Assembly: GCF_004010195.1 (NCBI RefSeq)
Contig: NC_057711.1
Coordinates: 139,035,949-139,099,948, forward strand
Reading direction: 5' to 3'
Origin: Chiloscyllium plagiosum
Lineage: Eukaryota
Length of the DNA stretch: 64,000 bases
Every line of letters starts with the position of its first letter. Within the stretch, counting starts at the first letter, position 1. A model generated the notes under the pieces. That model made no database searches. It was not told the origin of the DNA and worked only from the letters and a program-made list of their open reading frames with translations. The position numbers and the translations under genes were made by a program. Positions 25,395-38,726 of the stretch are shown one piece after another.

Positions 25395-25972
25395 GCTGAG
25401 ATTGGACAGGACTTTGATGAGGCCTCTTCTGGAGCACTGTGTCCGGTTCTGGCCACCCTGTCATAGGAAGGATATGATTCAGCTGGAGAGGGTTCAGAAA
25501 AGATTCACCAGGATGTTGCTGGGAATGGAGGGTTTAGGTTATAAAGAGAGGCTGGATAAGCTGGGACTTTTTTCACTGGAGCGTAGGAGATTGAGGGGTG
25601 ACCTTATAGAAGTTTATAAAAACATGAGGGGTATATATAACGTGAATGGCAGGTGTATTTTCCCTGGGGTGGGGGATTTCAAAAATAGGCGTCATATTTT
25701 TAAGGTGAGAGGAGAAAGGTTTTAAAAAGACACAAGGGGTAATTTTTTTTTACACAGCGTGATCCATTCGTGAAATTAAACTTCAGCAGAAGTGGGTGGA
25801 TGCAGGTATACTTACAACATTTAAAAGACATTTAGATAAATACATGAATAGGAAAGATTTGGAGTGATATGACCCAAACACCGGCAGGTGGGCCTAGTTT
25901 AGTTTGGGATGATGGTCAGCATGGACTGGTTGGACCGAAGGGTCTGTTTCCGTGCTGAACTGATATGTGATT
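25395..25972 (+). mobile_element. CR1 3' fragment
   Basis: RPLLEHCVRFWPP...LERVQKRFTRM...LRGDLIEVYK. Confidence 0.9.
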
Positions 25973-26024
25973 TTAAAACAAAAATGAAAATTGACATCTA
26001 CAAACTTCAAGGAGAACAAAATAA

Positions 26025-28485
26025 TGCAAAAGCAGTCACCTCATTAGGGGTTTACTACAGGCCCCCCAATAGCAGCAGGGAGATGAAAGAAAGCATAGGT
26101 CGGCAGATTTTGGAAAAGTGTGGACGTAGTAGGGTTGTTGTAATGGGTGACTTTAACTTTCCCAATATTGATTGAAACCTCCTTCGAGCAGAAGATTTGA
26201 ATGGAGCTGTTTTTGTAAGGTGTGTTCAGGAGGGTTTCCTAACTCAGTACGTTGACAGGCCAACGAGGGGAAAGGCCATTCTAGACTTGGTGCTTGGAAA
26301 CGAGCCGGGGCAGGTATCAGATCTTGTGGTGGGAGAGCATTTTGGTGATAGTGACCACAACTGCCTCACATTCTACAAAGCTATGGAGAAGGAGAGGATT
26401 AGGCAAAATGGGAGGATATTTAATTGGGGAAGAGGAAACTATGATGCGATTAGACATGAGTTAGGAAGCATGGACTGGGAGCAATTGTTCCATGGTAAAG
26501 GCACTATAGACATGTGGAGACTGTTTAAGGAACAGTTGTTGCTAGTGATGAATAAATATGTCCCTCTGAGACAGGCAAGAAGGGGTAAGATAAAGGAACC
26601 TTGGATGACGAGAGCGATGGAGCTTCTCATTAAAAGGAAGAAGGTAGCTTACATAAGGTGGAGAAGCTAGGGTCAAGCTCAACTCTACAGGATTACAGGC
26701 AGGCAAGGAAGGAGCTCAAAAATGGTCTGAGGAGAGCCAAGAGGGGGCACGAGAAAGGCTTGGCAGAACAGATTAGGGAGAACACAAAGGCATTTTACAC
26801 TTATGTGAGAAATAAGAGAATGGTAAAAGAAAGAGTAGGGCTGATCAGGGATAGGATAAGGAACTTGTGTGAGGAGTCTGAGGGGTAGGGGAAGCCCTAA
26901 ATGAGCTTTTTGCTTCTGTCTTTACGAAAGAAACGAACTTTGTAGTGAATGAAACCTTTGAAGAGCAGGTGTGCATGCTGGAATGGATAGAGATAGAGGA
27001 TTGACAAGTCACCAGGCTCGGATCAGATTTGTCCTCGGCTGCTTTGGGAAACGAGAAATGTGATTGCTTCGCCACTTGCGAAGATCTTTGCATCCTCGCT
27101 CTCCACTGGAGTCGTACCTGAGGACTGGAGAGAGGCAAATGTAATTCCTCTCTTCAAGAAAGGAAATAGGGAAATCTCCGGCAATTACAAACCAGTTAGT
27201 CTCACGTCTGTCGTCTGCAAGGTGTTAGAAAGGATTCTGAGGGATGGGATTTATGACCATCTGGAAGAGCATGGTTTGATTAAATGCAGTCAACATGGCT
27301 TTGTGAGGGGCAGGTCATGCCTCACAAACCTTATCGAGTTCTTTGAGGATGTGACTAGAAAAGTTGATGAGGGTCGAGCTGTGGATGTGGTGTATGTGGA
27401 CTTCAGCAAGGCATTTGATAAGGTTCCCCATGGTAGGCTCATTCAGAAGGTCAGGAGGGATGGGATACAGGGAAACTTAGCTGTCTAGATACAGAAATGG
27501 CTGGCCAACAGAAGACAGTGAGCGGTAGTAGAAGGAAAATATTCTGCCTGGAAGTCAGTGGTGAGTGGTGTTCCACAGGGCTCTGTCCTTGGGCCTCTAC
27601 TGTTTGTAATTTTTATTCATGACTTGGATGAGGGGATTGAAGGATGGGTCAGCAAGTTTGCAGATGACACAAAGGTTGGAGGTGTCGTTGACAGTATAGA
27701 GGGCTGTTGTAGGCTGCAGTGGGACATTAACAGGATGCAGAGATGGGCTGAGATGTGGCAGATGGAGTTCAACCTGGATAAATGCGAGGTGATGCATTTT
27801 GGAAGGTCGAATTTGAAAGCTGAGTACAGGATTAAGGATAAGAATCTTGGCAGTGTGGAGGAACAGAGGGATCGTGGTGTGCAGGTACATAGATCCCTTA
27901 AAATGGCCAACCAANNNNNNNNNNNNNNNNNNNNNNNNNNNNNNNNNNNNNNNNNNNNNNNNNNNNNNNNNNNNNNNNNNNNNNNNNNNNNNNNNNNNNN
28001 NNNNNNNNNNNNNNNNNNNNNNNNNNNNNNNNNNNNNNNNNNNNNNNNNNNNNNNNNNNNNNNNNNNNNNNNNNNNNNNNNNNNNNNNNNNNNNNNNNNN
28101 NNNNNNNNNNNNNNNNNNNNNNNNNNNNNNNNNNNNNNNNNNNNNNNNNNNNNNNNNNNNNNNNNNNNNNNNNNNNNNTAGCCAGAGATTATTTCCCAGG
28201 GCAGAAATGACTAACACGAGTGGTCATAGTTTTAAGCAGATTGGAGGAAAGTATAGAGGGGATGTCAGAGGCGGGTTCTTTACACAGAGAGTTGTGAGAG
28301 CATGGAATGCGTTGCCAGCAGCAGTTGTGGAAGCATGGTCATTGGGGACATTTAAGAGACTGCTGGACATGCATATGGTCACAGAAATTTGAGGGTGCAT
28401 ACATGAAGATCAATGGTCGGCATGACATTGTGGGCTGAAGGGCCTGTTCTGTGCTGTACTGTTCTGTGCTCTATGTTCTATGTTC
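26025..28485 (+). mobile_element. Long CR1 LINE of a second family (APE + RT pseudogene), spanning the assembly gap
   Basis: GVYYRPPNS, VMGDFNFP, GSDHN-like motif, [41 protein letters not shown]; (ctatgtt)n tail. Confidence 0.95.
27915..28178. other. Assembly gap (264 N)
   Basis: Run of N inside the CR1 RT region. Confidence 1.
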
Positions 28486-28489
28486 CAAT

Positions 28490-29335
28490 TCAGTTGAAAG
28501 TCAATAAACTCATTTCCAGGCATTATCTACTTTTCAGGATTTGTTTAACATAGTCCTGTTTGTTGGCTTCACTAGTTGACACCTCATTGCTAGTTATGTC
28601 TGATGCTGCTCCTGGCATACCCTCTTCATACTCTCTCTGAATCAGGGTTGTTTCCCTGGCTTGATGGTAATGGCTGAGTGGGTGACATGCCAGACCGTGA
28701 ATTTGCATGTTAAATAGAGTCTACTGCTGTTGATGATCCACAGCACCTCATGGATGCCCCCCACTCCCTAGTTGCTTGATCCGTTCAAAGTCTGTCCCAT
28801 TCAGCACAGTGATCGTGCTGCACAACAAAATGGGGAACATTTTCAACGTGAAGGCTTCATCTCCACAAGGACTATATGGTGGTCACTCTGACACACACTG
28901 TCTTGGACAGATGTATCTAAGCAGGCAGATGGGTAGGGCAATGGCAAGTTTATTTTTCCCTCTTATTGCTTCCCTCACCACCTGTCACAGATGCAGTCTG
29001 GCAGCGATGTCCTTTACGACCTGACCAAATTGCCCAGTAGTGCTGCTGTCGACTCACACTTGGTGGTGAACAATCAAATCCCCCACCCAGAGTACGTTTT
29101 AAACCCTTGTCTCCCTCAGTGCCTACTCTAAATGTTGTTCAACATGGAGGAATGCTGATTCATCAGCCGAGAGAAGATGGTACATGGTAATTAGCGGTAA
29201 GTTTCCTTGCCCATATTTAACCTGAAGGCCATGAGACTTCAGAGAGATTGTGAGGAGTAGCAGGGCAACTTCCTCATGACTGTATAGCACTGTGCTACTG
29301 AGTCTGACCTACTGGTGGTACAAAATATAGTCGGG
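28490..29335 (-). mobile_element. RTE-X-like LINE remnant
   Basis: Colinear with 16045-17190; minus strand gives a decayed APE/linker region. Confidence 0.6.
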
Positions 29336-29394
29336 GGTATTGAACCTAGTGGTGAGGTCAATGCCAAGTAGTCTGTCTGGTTTCTTTTTTATTG

Positions 29395-29572
29395 TTGAGA
29401 TTTTGGAGTGATTGATACAACTGAGTGACTTGCTAGGCCTTTTCAGAGGGCAGTTGAGAGTGAACCACATTGCTGTGGGTCTGGAGTTATATGTAGGCCA
29501 GACCAGGCGAGGATGGCAGATTTCTTTCCCTGAAGGACGTCAGTGAACTATATGGGTTTTTCCAATAATCAA
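29395..29572 (-). mobile_element. tRNA-derived SINE core fragment (family of 38727 and 49869)
   Basis: Reverse of gttcactgacgtccttcagggaaagaaatctgccatcctcgcctggtctggcctac. Confidence 0.7.
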
Positions 29573-29609
29573 CAATGAGAAAAGAAGTGAGTCAAACAGT
29601 CAGGGCAGG

Positions 29610-30395
29610 CAGGGACAAAGCAGAGAGTACAATAGGTGGATGGAGGTGGGGATGAAGGTGATAGGTCAGAGAGGAGGGTGGAGCGGATAGGTGGGAAGGG
29701 AGATTGGCAGGTAGGGCAGGTCATGAGGATGGTGCTGAGCTGGAAGGTTGGAACTGGGGTAAGGTGGGTGGAGGGGAAATGAGGAAACTGTTGAAGTCCA
29801 CATTGATGCCCTGGGGTTGAAGTGTTCCGAGGCGGAAGATGAGGCATTCTTCCTCCAGGCGTCAGGTGGTGAGAGAGTGGCGGTGGAGGAGGCCCAGGAC
29901 CTCCATGTCCTCAGCAGAATGGGAGGGAGAGTTGAAATGTTGAGCCACGGGGTGGTGGGGTTGATTGATGCAGGTGTCCCGAAGGTGTTCTCTAAAGCGG
30001 TCTTTGAGAAGGTGTCCAGTCTCCCAAATGTAGAGGAGATGTCATCGGGAGCAACGGACAGAATAAATAACATTGGTGGATGTGCAGATGAAACGTTGTT
30101 GGATGTGGAAAGCTCCTTTAGGTCCTTGGATGGAGTTGAGAGGGGAGGTGTGGGCACAGGTTTTGCAATTCTTGTGGCAGGGGAAGGTGCCAGGATGGGA
30201 GGGTAGATTGTTGGCAGGTGTGGGCTTGACCAGGTAGTCACAGAGGGGACGGGGTCTTTGCGGAAAGCGGAATGGGGTGGGGAGGGAAATATATACCTGG
30301 TGGTGGGGTCCGTTTGGAGGTGGTGGAAATGTCGGCGGATGATGCAGTTTATGTGAAGGTTGGTAGGGTCCACCTCCATCCAAGGCCCCACATCC
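29610..30395 (-). mobile_element. Penelope-like element: Zn-finger linker + GIY-YIG endonuclease + start of pLTR
   Basis: Minus frames give PGTFPCHKNCKTCAHT...FICTSTNVIYSVRCSR followed by a YI.ET-type segment, as in PLE GIY-YIG domains; its downstream part matches the pLTR at 57916-58110. Confidence 0.9.
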
Positions 30396-31389
30396 ATTAA
30401 CGTTTCACATCATTGAACCGGTTGATTTTTTTTTAAGTTTAAAAAAAAATTATTGAGGACCTTAGGTTAAATGGTTCAAATTTTGTTTTGCGAATTGTCT
30501 GTATTTTACGTGGGAAAAATGGAGAGCACAGGAAAATACTTTTCATCGTGAATTGCTTCTCCCAACAATACAACTGAAAGTCAGCAGAAACCAGGCACAT
30601 GGGCAAAAAAAACAGCAACTTTATTTTGAAATTGTGCAAACTAACCTGTTTGAACTCTGCAGTTATCACCACCAAAGCAAACATGATTGTTTAAAAACTG
30701 CACAAGGGTCTTGCTAAAAGTCAGCAAACTATTGCTAGTTAAATACATTAAATATATATACCTGTACATCATATATGGTGTGTGTGTGTTTGTCTTTGGC
30801 CTTGTAGGAAATAAAGGCAAAATATATCACAATCTGTAGTTACATAATGACTGATGGAGAAAGACTGAAAGAAGTACAAAAAAGGAAGTAAAATGTTTCT
30901 AATTGGACTGACTTCACATCAAACTGCCCTGTCCCATTACACAGTTCATTTGTAGTGAGAGTTTTATATAAATTACAGTTGATGTGATACACATTCCTGA
31001 TGCACATTTAATGGTGATCAAGGTGATTTGTTGACAGACTGATGACATATAATTTCATACATTTCTATTTTTAAAGACCACAACCGAAACCACATAACAC
31101 AGCATTACTGTAAGTGAAATTCTACCTTTGTGTTCACCAATAGATGTTTGACATTTTATGTTGTAATTCAGTGTGCGGTGAAGTAGGCAAATGGACCAAC
31201 TCCACTGCTGCACAAATCAACACACAAGCTGTTTACTTTTATACCAAATCATGTGATTTATTTTTCATTTGCTATTTTTCAAGCATGAGCCAATATAGAT
31301 TGGTTTATAAACCTCACTAGTGGTGTAGTTAATCTCAATAGATCAGAGTTTTTATTCAGTATCTGAAAATGAGAATGGTCTGTCCCCAC

Positions 31390-31722
31390 AGCACAAAAGA
31401 AAGCCATTGACTCGATGTTTGTCTTTTTAATTTTGCTTCTTGTTCTTTTTGACCTGTGTCATGTGGTGTATAGCTGTAATGTAACTTTGTTTTCTTCATT
31501 TCTCTGCTGTGTAAGTTAGGATTGTACTTAGGTATGCTGCATCTTTGATTGCGCAATGTGTTGGTGACATGGTTACCCTGTATTTAATCTTATAACTGAA
31601 GAATCTGTACCTAGGTACCATTGTACTTAAGATGGCGCTGTAAGTGGTGACTTATGAACTTTTCACTGTACTCACTTGAGTACATGTGACAATAAAGCTA
31701 ATTCAAATCAATTCAATTCATT
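31390..31722 (+). mobile_element. Probable Rex1/Babar-type LINE 3' end
   Basis: cttttcactgta...catgtgacaataaa...(attca)n tail shared with the copy ending at 41147. Confidence 0.5.
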
Positions 31723-32067
31723 CATCCCAGCTTTGCTAAGACTTTCCAACCCCTCTACTCACCTGCTCTTTCTTGTTTGCCCTATATTTTCTTCAGGCCT
31801 ACGTCCTATTTCCTATTGAAGGCTACTAACGCATGTTTCCAGTTGTTTTTCAGGCAAAATATTCCAGATCCTATTTTGTCATCATGATTTAGGATTGAAT
31901 AAGAAATCCTGATAAGGATGTTGCACTAAAATGGGAGGAAGTATGGTAGGGCATGGACACTGATACAGGTCAAATGGCCTGCTTTGTTACTGTCAGTTGT
32001 ATACGAGATCCTACAATAGAGCTATAATATCCCATGTGTGAGTGCAGTTTGCTGGTGAAATGATAGG

Positions 32068-32210
32068 AAGGCAGTCTTGCATTTATATAGCAGTTTCATA
32101 ACAGTTGAACATCTCAAAGCACTTGACAGCCAAGAAAATACTTTTGAAGTGTAGTCATTATTTGAATATAAGAATGGCATCAAGTTATGCACAAGTCTCA
32201 GAAATGGCAA
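32068..32210 (-). mobile_element. Deu-SINE 3' fragment
   Basis: Reverse of tgactacacttcaaaagtattttcttggctgtcaagtgctttgagatg...ctatataaatgcaagac. Confidence 0.65.
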
Positions 32211-32837
32211 AAATCCCAGTTTCTAAGTTGATGTGAGTCACCAGAAATTGCTTGCCCTATTTAAGAAACAAGACTCATGAGTGATAGCAAGATTCTGCCT
32301 CCTTCTTTACCAGCATAATAAAGTATATAAAGTCTAAAGGTGAATATGATACCAGACTCTGTGAATTCGCACTGGTCTGGTACAACCTCCCCCAACTAAA
32401 GTTGGCTTTGAATTAAATAGGTAGGTGACTCAAAGAGCTACTACCTGCATCTTTTGTGATGGTAATGATTTAGAGGCTGGGTAAAAGCTGCACCTTGCTG
32501 TAGTTTCTTTTTGGTCATAAAAGATCCAATGTCAAGCAGCAATATTATGCATCCACAGGACAACCAAAGAACGCCTGGCTGAAGATTGAGTTTGGGTATT
32601 TTCACAGGTCCAAGTTGCCAGCCTTGATGCTGTTTAGCCCCATGCAGATATAACCCTTGAGAAAAGTCACATGCCCTGATGTTAGGTTTAATGTGTTCCT
32701 CTCCTTCAAGGCTCAGTCACCTCCCTTCATTAGGGTCCTCCCTTCAGGAAGGGTCTATGGCATGTGGCTTTTGGAAAACTTAGTTTCTTTACCTCCCCTT
32801 CGGTCAGGGCACAGATGTGAGGGTGTACTTTGGCAGA

Positions 32838-33150
32838 GAATCATGGAATCCCTACTTTATGAACACAGGCCATTGGCCCAACAAGTCCACACCGACCCAC
32901 CGAAGAGTAACCCACCCAGATCCATTCCCGTACCATATTACTGTACACTTACCCCTGACTAATGCACCTAACCTACACATCCCTGAACACAATGGACAAT
33001 TTTGCATGGCCAATTCACCTAACCTGCACATCTTTAGATGGTGGGAGGAAACTGGAGCACCCAGAGGAAACCCACGCTGACACGGGGAGAATGTGCAAAC
33101 GCTACACAGACAGTCGCCTGAGGCTGGAATTGAACCTGGGTCCCTGGCAG
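32838..33150 (-). mobile_element. HE1-type V-SINE
   Basis: V-domain reverse complement; gaatcatggaatcc tail. Confidence 0.9.
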
Positions 33151-33959
33151 GGACCAGACCCAGCTACCACTGCCACCCATCCACCCCTCCCTTGAGTCTT
33201 GCTTCCTTCTTGCAGCCTCCTACATGTGCAGCACTGCACAAATGTCCCAAATCAGCCAATCAACCCCTTCCTTATGGTTCAGCCACAAACTTTGGGAACC
33301 AATGGTTCTCCTGCACTATTTTCATAAAATCCAGAACTCACAGGCGAATAGTTTCTCAACATTATATTAGCTGCCCCCCACCCGGATAAATTGGATTGGG
33401 GAATTGCTAAAGCAGCTATAGTGTCATTTACAGAAGCTGGAAAAGAGCAGGGTTGATAATGAATGGGCATTTAATCAGTTTTAATTAGTCTTCAGCCCTG
33501 TGTCCCATTAACCTACTCGAACAGGTGAGAAAATCGTTTGCAGGAAAGAACCTTTCCTTCAGAAGGTGAGTAGTTGGGATCTGGAATGTCTTGTCTGAGT
33601 GTGATAGAGGCAGATTTGGGCAGTTGGAAGCTGACCGAGAGAGTGACATTTGGAAGACTATCAGGAAATAGTGGGACAGTTGGACTGTCTGACTTGCTCT
33701 CAGACATGCACCATTAAAAGATCTGCTTCTGTGCTGCATCTATTTCATGACAATGTGAATGTGGAGCCCTGTTTGAAATATCTAGGTCCAATCTGTTGAT
33801 ACAGTCTGATCCTGATCTGCAATGCCCCAGCCAAAGTGGAGGATAGAGGGAGGGCTCAGAGATAAGGTACATGCATTTGTTGGGTAAACCAGCTGAGAGC
33901 AGGATCATGAGTCAGAAGGGTCCCAGCAGATAAATTTGCAATTTATTCTTCAAGTAAGT

Positions 33960-34318
33960 GGGTAGCATATTGGCTCAGTGGTTAGCACTACTGCCTCACA
34001 GTATCAGAGCCCTGGGTTCAATTCCATCCTCAGGTGACTGTCAGAGATGAGTTTGCACATTCTCCATTTGTCTGCAGGGATCTCTTCTGGGTGCTCCAGT
34101 TTCCCCTCCCACAATTCAAAGATGTGCAGGTTAGATGGATTGGCCATGCTAAATTGCTCATCGTGTTCAGGGATATGCATGTGAGGTGGGTTAGCCATGG
34201 GAAAAACCCCCATCAATGGGATGACGGGGGGAGAGTTTGAATGGGATGCTCTTTGGAGGTTGGTGTAGACTCACTGGGCTGAATGGCCTCTTTCCTGCAC
34301 TGTAGCGATTCTGTGAAT
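33960..34318 (+). mobile_element. HE1-type V-SINE
   Basis: tggctcagtgg A box, ggttcaattcc B box, V-domain. Confidence 0.9.
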
Positions 34319-35662
34319 CAGGAGAAGCAGGAGAATTCCTCTGGGACTTGAGCCTGAGGCACTCTTTGACAAAAGAAGTGCACCTCCTGCAGCTATAGTG
34401 TTTGGTGTGTATTCCCACCCCCCACCCCCAAAACACACACGAGCCAGATCAATGATATAGCTTTAGGATGGGACACTACGGCTTTTAAATCAAACCTCAT
34501 GCACGAGATTGGCAGGTTCCCCTTGTCCGCAGGCCAGAAGGTTTCTTCAGTCAGTCTGTTGTCATTTGGAAAGTACAATTTTGAGCACCAGGTAAGCATT
34601 GAAGATTCTGAGGGGAAATAAAAAGGAAATAAGAGCAAAGATTTTGAAAAGAGACTGTTAGGCAACATCAAAAGGGAGTCCCACAATCTTCTATAGGCAG
34701 ATGAATAGCAAAAGGGTGAGGAAGAGTTGGGATGGGGATCGTAAGGGACTAAGAAGGGGATGTATACATAGATGCAAAGCGCATGGCGAAGGTATTAAAT
34801 GAAGACTTTGCATCTGTCTTTACCAAAGAAGACAAGACTGCCAAAATCACAATGAAAGCTGAGATACTGAATGGGCTAAATTCTGATTGAAGTGGCAATT
34901 GAAAGGCTGGGTAAACTTGATAGATCACAGGGGATCAGGCAAAATGCATCCAAAAGGACTGGTGGAAATAAAGATGGGATTTGCATGGCAGCCACCATAA
35001 CTTTCCAGTCCTTCATGGATACTGGGGTGAGGCCAGAGGAACGGGAATGTTACATCCTGTGTATGATACATGTAGCAATTACAGGCCGATCAGTTTAACT
35101 AGAGGGGAAAAAAACTTTGACTCAATCATCTGAAAGAAAATTAAGTTACCTGGCCAATTGTAGATTAGTTAATAAACATCAACATTTGATCAAGGCAAGT
35201 TACATTGAACTAACTTGATTGAGATAATAGTGGGTTGATTTGTTTGAGGGTAATGACCTTGATGTGATGTACATGGATTTGAAAAAGGTTTGTAATAAGA
35301 TGCCTAGAAAACAGACTTGAAGGCTATGGAATAAAAGGGCAGTGGCAGTGTAGATAAAATGCCACTTGAATAACAGAAAGTGGAGAGTTGTGGTGAATGG
35401 TATCTTTTTCAGACAGGAGGATTTGAACCATTGTTTTTCTTGACATGTTAATGACTTTTGTTTGGGTACACAGGGCACAATTTCAAAATGTGCAGATAAC
35501 ACAGAACTTGTAAGAACAGTGAATAGTGACGAGGGGTTTCAAGAAGAGAAAAATAGTAACGAAGATATAATAATTGGCTCCAGTGGAGTATTGTGTTCAT
35601 TTTGGGAAAGCCATGAAGGGATTAAAGAGGATGCAGAAAAGATTTCTATGAATGATTCCTGG

Positions 35663-36002
35663 TGTAGTGATTGTAATGAGATAAGCCAGGTGGACCTCAG
35701 AATGTGAGTTCCCTGATTGGACCAGATTAACAGCCCCAATCAGGGAGTCCTGGCTGACAGATATAAACAGGAGTGTCAGACTGTCTGTTCACTCTGACAG
35801 CTGGCTCTGAGGGAGCTGGGTAAAAACAATGACTGCAGATGCTGGAAACCAGATTCTGGATTAGTGGTGCTGGAAGAGCACAGCAGTTCAGGCAGCATCC
35901 GAGGAGCAGCATCTGAGGGAGCTGGATCAGTGTCAAGGACTCTCCATGTGTAAATAAAGGTTGACTTGGTGATGGGATACCAGCCTCTGTGGAGTTATAT
36001 CA
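35663..36002 (+). mobile_element. Short solo LTR with a nested Penelope fragment
   Basis: TG...CA ends; TATA-like gatataaa (~35760) and AATAAA (35953); flanks ctgg/cagg (imperfect 4-bp TSD) interrupt the CR1 sequence atgattccagggtatgagg. Confidence 0.7.
35820..35911 (-). mobile_element. Penelope pLTR fragment, family A
   Basis: 14-bp TSD tctgagggagctgg (35806-35819 / 35912-35925). Confidence 0.85.
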
Positions 36003-36436
36003 CAGGGTATGAGGGACTTTAGTAACATGAAACGTTTGGAGGAGAGAAGGTTGAGAGGAAATTTCATCGAGGTGTTCAAAGTCAGGAGGGATTTGAACAG
36101 AGTAAATAGATTGAAAAAGATCCATTGGCTGAGAGACTGAGATCCAGAACACAATATTTTAAAATGATTGGTAAATGAAAATGTGACAACAGTGATTTAA
36201 TGCAGTGAGTGCTTAGATCTGGAATGTGCTGCCTGACATTCTGGTGGAGGTAGGGTTAGTGATGGCTTTCAACAGGGTAAGGTCCTGAGGGAGAGAACTT
36301 ACAGAGCCTTCCCGAAAAGACGAGGGGATGTTGCTCTTACAGCAGGGACATGACAGTCCTAAGAGCCTTCTTTTGTGCTGTAAACATTCCATGATTTTCT
36401 GATTATACATTCAAAGTTAACACTGTGGTACTTTCG

Positions 36437-36756
36437 GAGAAAGTGAGGACTGCAGATGCTGGAGATCAGAGCTGAAAATGTGTTGCTGGAAAAGCGCAGC
36501 AGGTCAGGCAGCATCTAGGGAACAGGAGAATCGACGTTTTGGGCATGAGCCCTCCTTCAGCCCTTTTCCAGCAACACATTTTCAGGTCTGATCCCCAGCA
36601 TCTGCAGTCCTCACTTTCTCCTAGCAGACTTTAACCTACTGCGAATCCTCTTACAAGGATGCCTTCCACGAAGAAGCTCTGTTCCTCCATTCCTGAAGAA
36701 GGGCTCATGCCCGAAACATCGATTCTCCTGCTCCTTGGATGCTGCCTGACCTGCTG
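36437..36756. mobile_element. Penelope pLTR element, family A, three-part (inverted + partial tandem)
   Basis: Arm 36437-36560, inverted arm 36563-36622, 65-bp spacer, then a second inverted arm with hammerhead ctgaagaagggctcatgcccgaaacatc (36693-36720); flanking cactgtggta repeat at 36421 / 36757. Confidence 0.85.
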
Positions 36757-38074
36757 CACTGTGGTATTCTTGTCAATATTACAAGGTCCTTTTGCACACG
36801 CAACTATTTTTGTAGCATCCAGACATCAGCTAGTGCAGAAACATCCCTGAAACTCCTGCTGTGACTAATTTTCCAAACTTCATCTGAAATGTTAAAATCC
36901 TGTCACTGGTTGTAATTGCATTGTCAGATTCAGCACATTTTGTACAACCGACTTTAGCATGATATTTATATGCATAATAGTTAGTATAGTTTTTTTTTAG
37001 CTGATGCAGAATTGTACATGGGTAGAAAAGCCAGTGAAAGCATGTTATATGATAACCATTAATGTACTTCAGTGTGAAATAGTAATTTTCCATGCCTTTC
37101 ACTCATTTTAGATCATAGCTTTGCAACAAACATGAATGGTTTGGACTTCTCAAAGACTGTCTCACTACAAATGGACACTGTGTGGCCCATTCTTTTTGGA
37201 GCATGTGCTTGGCAGTGCAATATTTAATATTACATCATCTGAGGGCTTGCAGCGCCCGGTCTGGCAATCATTCCACTCTTGTTGCCTGTTGTATTGGCAC
37301 CACTGACTGTGCAACAGCTGCACAGTGATTCTGAATCCATGAGATTATCTAGACCTGACCATTTCATCACCAGCCTGACAACAAGAAACATTTTCTGAAA
37401 GGTTTCCCCAATCGAAGGGTAAGTGAGCAATTGTCCCTAAGATCAGTTTGGTGGAATCCAACAGGGCTCTGAGTGGCAGGGGCTATGGGGAGATTTGTGG
37501 CAGAATTGGATCAGTTGTCCAGTAAGGCCCATCTCAATCTTTTATGCCTTTGACTTGCAGTATGGTGAATACCTTACCAGGCAGCGGCAGGTTGTTGATT
37601 AAGAAGGATTGTTGCTTGTTAAGCACCTTGTTAATAACCTAACTTGCCTCATTAATGTTCACCTTCCTATCTTACCAAACAAACTCATTGCTGAGAAAGC
37701 TTAACATGTAAAGTAAAGCGATACCTGGCAGGATCAGCTCATTGCTTGCTATGTTGTGTTGGACCAAATCACATTTCAGGGCACCAGCCACATGCATTCC
37801 TTGCCCATGGACATTCTGTCATTTACCAATCCCTCATGATCATTGTGACACCTCTCTGATATAATAGCAGGCCATTCAGGGTACCCTAAGGCTACAGCAG
37901 GGACATTTTGTACCCATGGTCAGGCACCTAGCTCATGGACTGAGCCAGATCTGCATCTCAGGGCTGTGCATTTGCTCTCTTAGCACTCACTCACTCAGTG
38001 CCTCTTACGTGCCTCAGAGCATCCCTGCCTCACCTTGTCTTGCTGAACCAATCAGAATTTCCAAGCAGTACACC

Positions 38075-38358
38075 AGTTTGATTCCTGCCTTGGATGACTG
38101 TGTAGAGTTTGCACATTCTCCCCGCGTCAGCGTGGGTTTGCTCTGGGTGCTCTAGTTCCCTTCCACAGTCTGAAGGTGTGCAGGTTAGGGTGGATTGGCC
38201 ATGGGAAATTGCCCATAGTGTCCAGGAATGTGCAGGTTAGGTGGATTAGCCATGGAAAATGCAGAGTTACAGGGATGGGGTGGGATGCACTCTATAGTGT
38301 TGGAGCGGACTTGAGGGGCCGAATGGTCTCTTTCCACACTGTCGAGATTCTGTAATTC
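38075..38358 (+). mobile_element. HE1-type V-SINE (5' truncated)
   Basis: V-domain and tail. Confidence 0.85.
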
Positions 38359-38726
38359 TAAAGTGCAAGTCTGTGTGAAGGTGTATGCCTGAGAGTGTGC
38401 ACACATTCTGATGAATGTCACCCAGTGAAAAGAATTAGTATCCTTCAATGAAATGAGAATAGTTTTAAAATAAATCTATACTTTAAAATAAAGCAAGATG
38501 GCTATTTAGTGATGCCATTTCTTTTGGGTATTGTCTAATATTTGACAACTCAACCATGCTGACCAAAGTGATCCCAATTTCAATAGCTCACTTGTGCTCC
38601 ATTAGCTGATCTTAGGACACATTTGGCTACCGGCTTAAATAAACTAACTGATGTCAGCCCATCTTCCCCCAGTCCCTGTTCTCCTGGAGGCTGTGTTGCT
38701 CATAACTGTTACTGTAATTGTTACTA

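Larger units (their letters stand above)
34560..36400 (+). mobile_element. Old CR1 remnant hosting a solo LTR
   Basis: Decayed LNEDFASVFTKE, DVMYMD, TISKCADNTEL and RRLRGNFIEVFK motifs. Confidence 0.7.

Noticed and set aside
27558-28392. Long ORFs of 181-207 aa
   Set aside because: Artefacts of translating through the N gap within a CR1.
29666-30397. Longest clean ORF (243 aa, minus) as a novel gene
   Set aside because: Mostly an alternative frame of a frameshifted Penelope GIY-YIG region.
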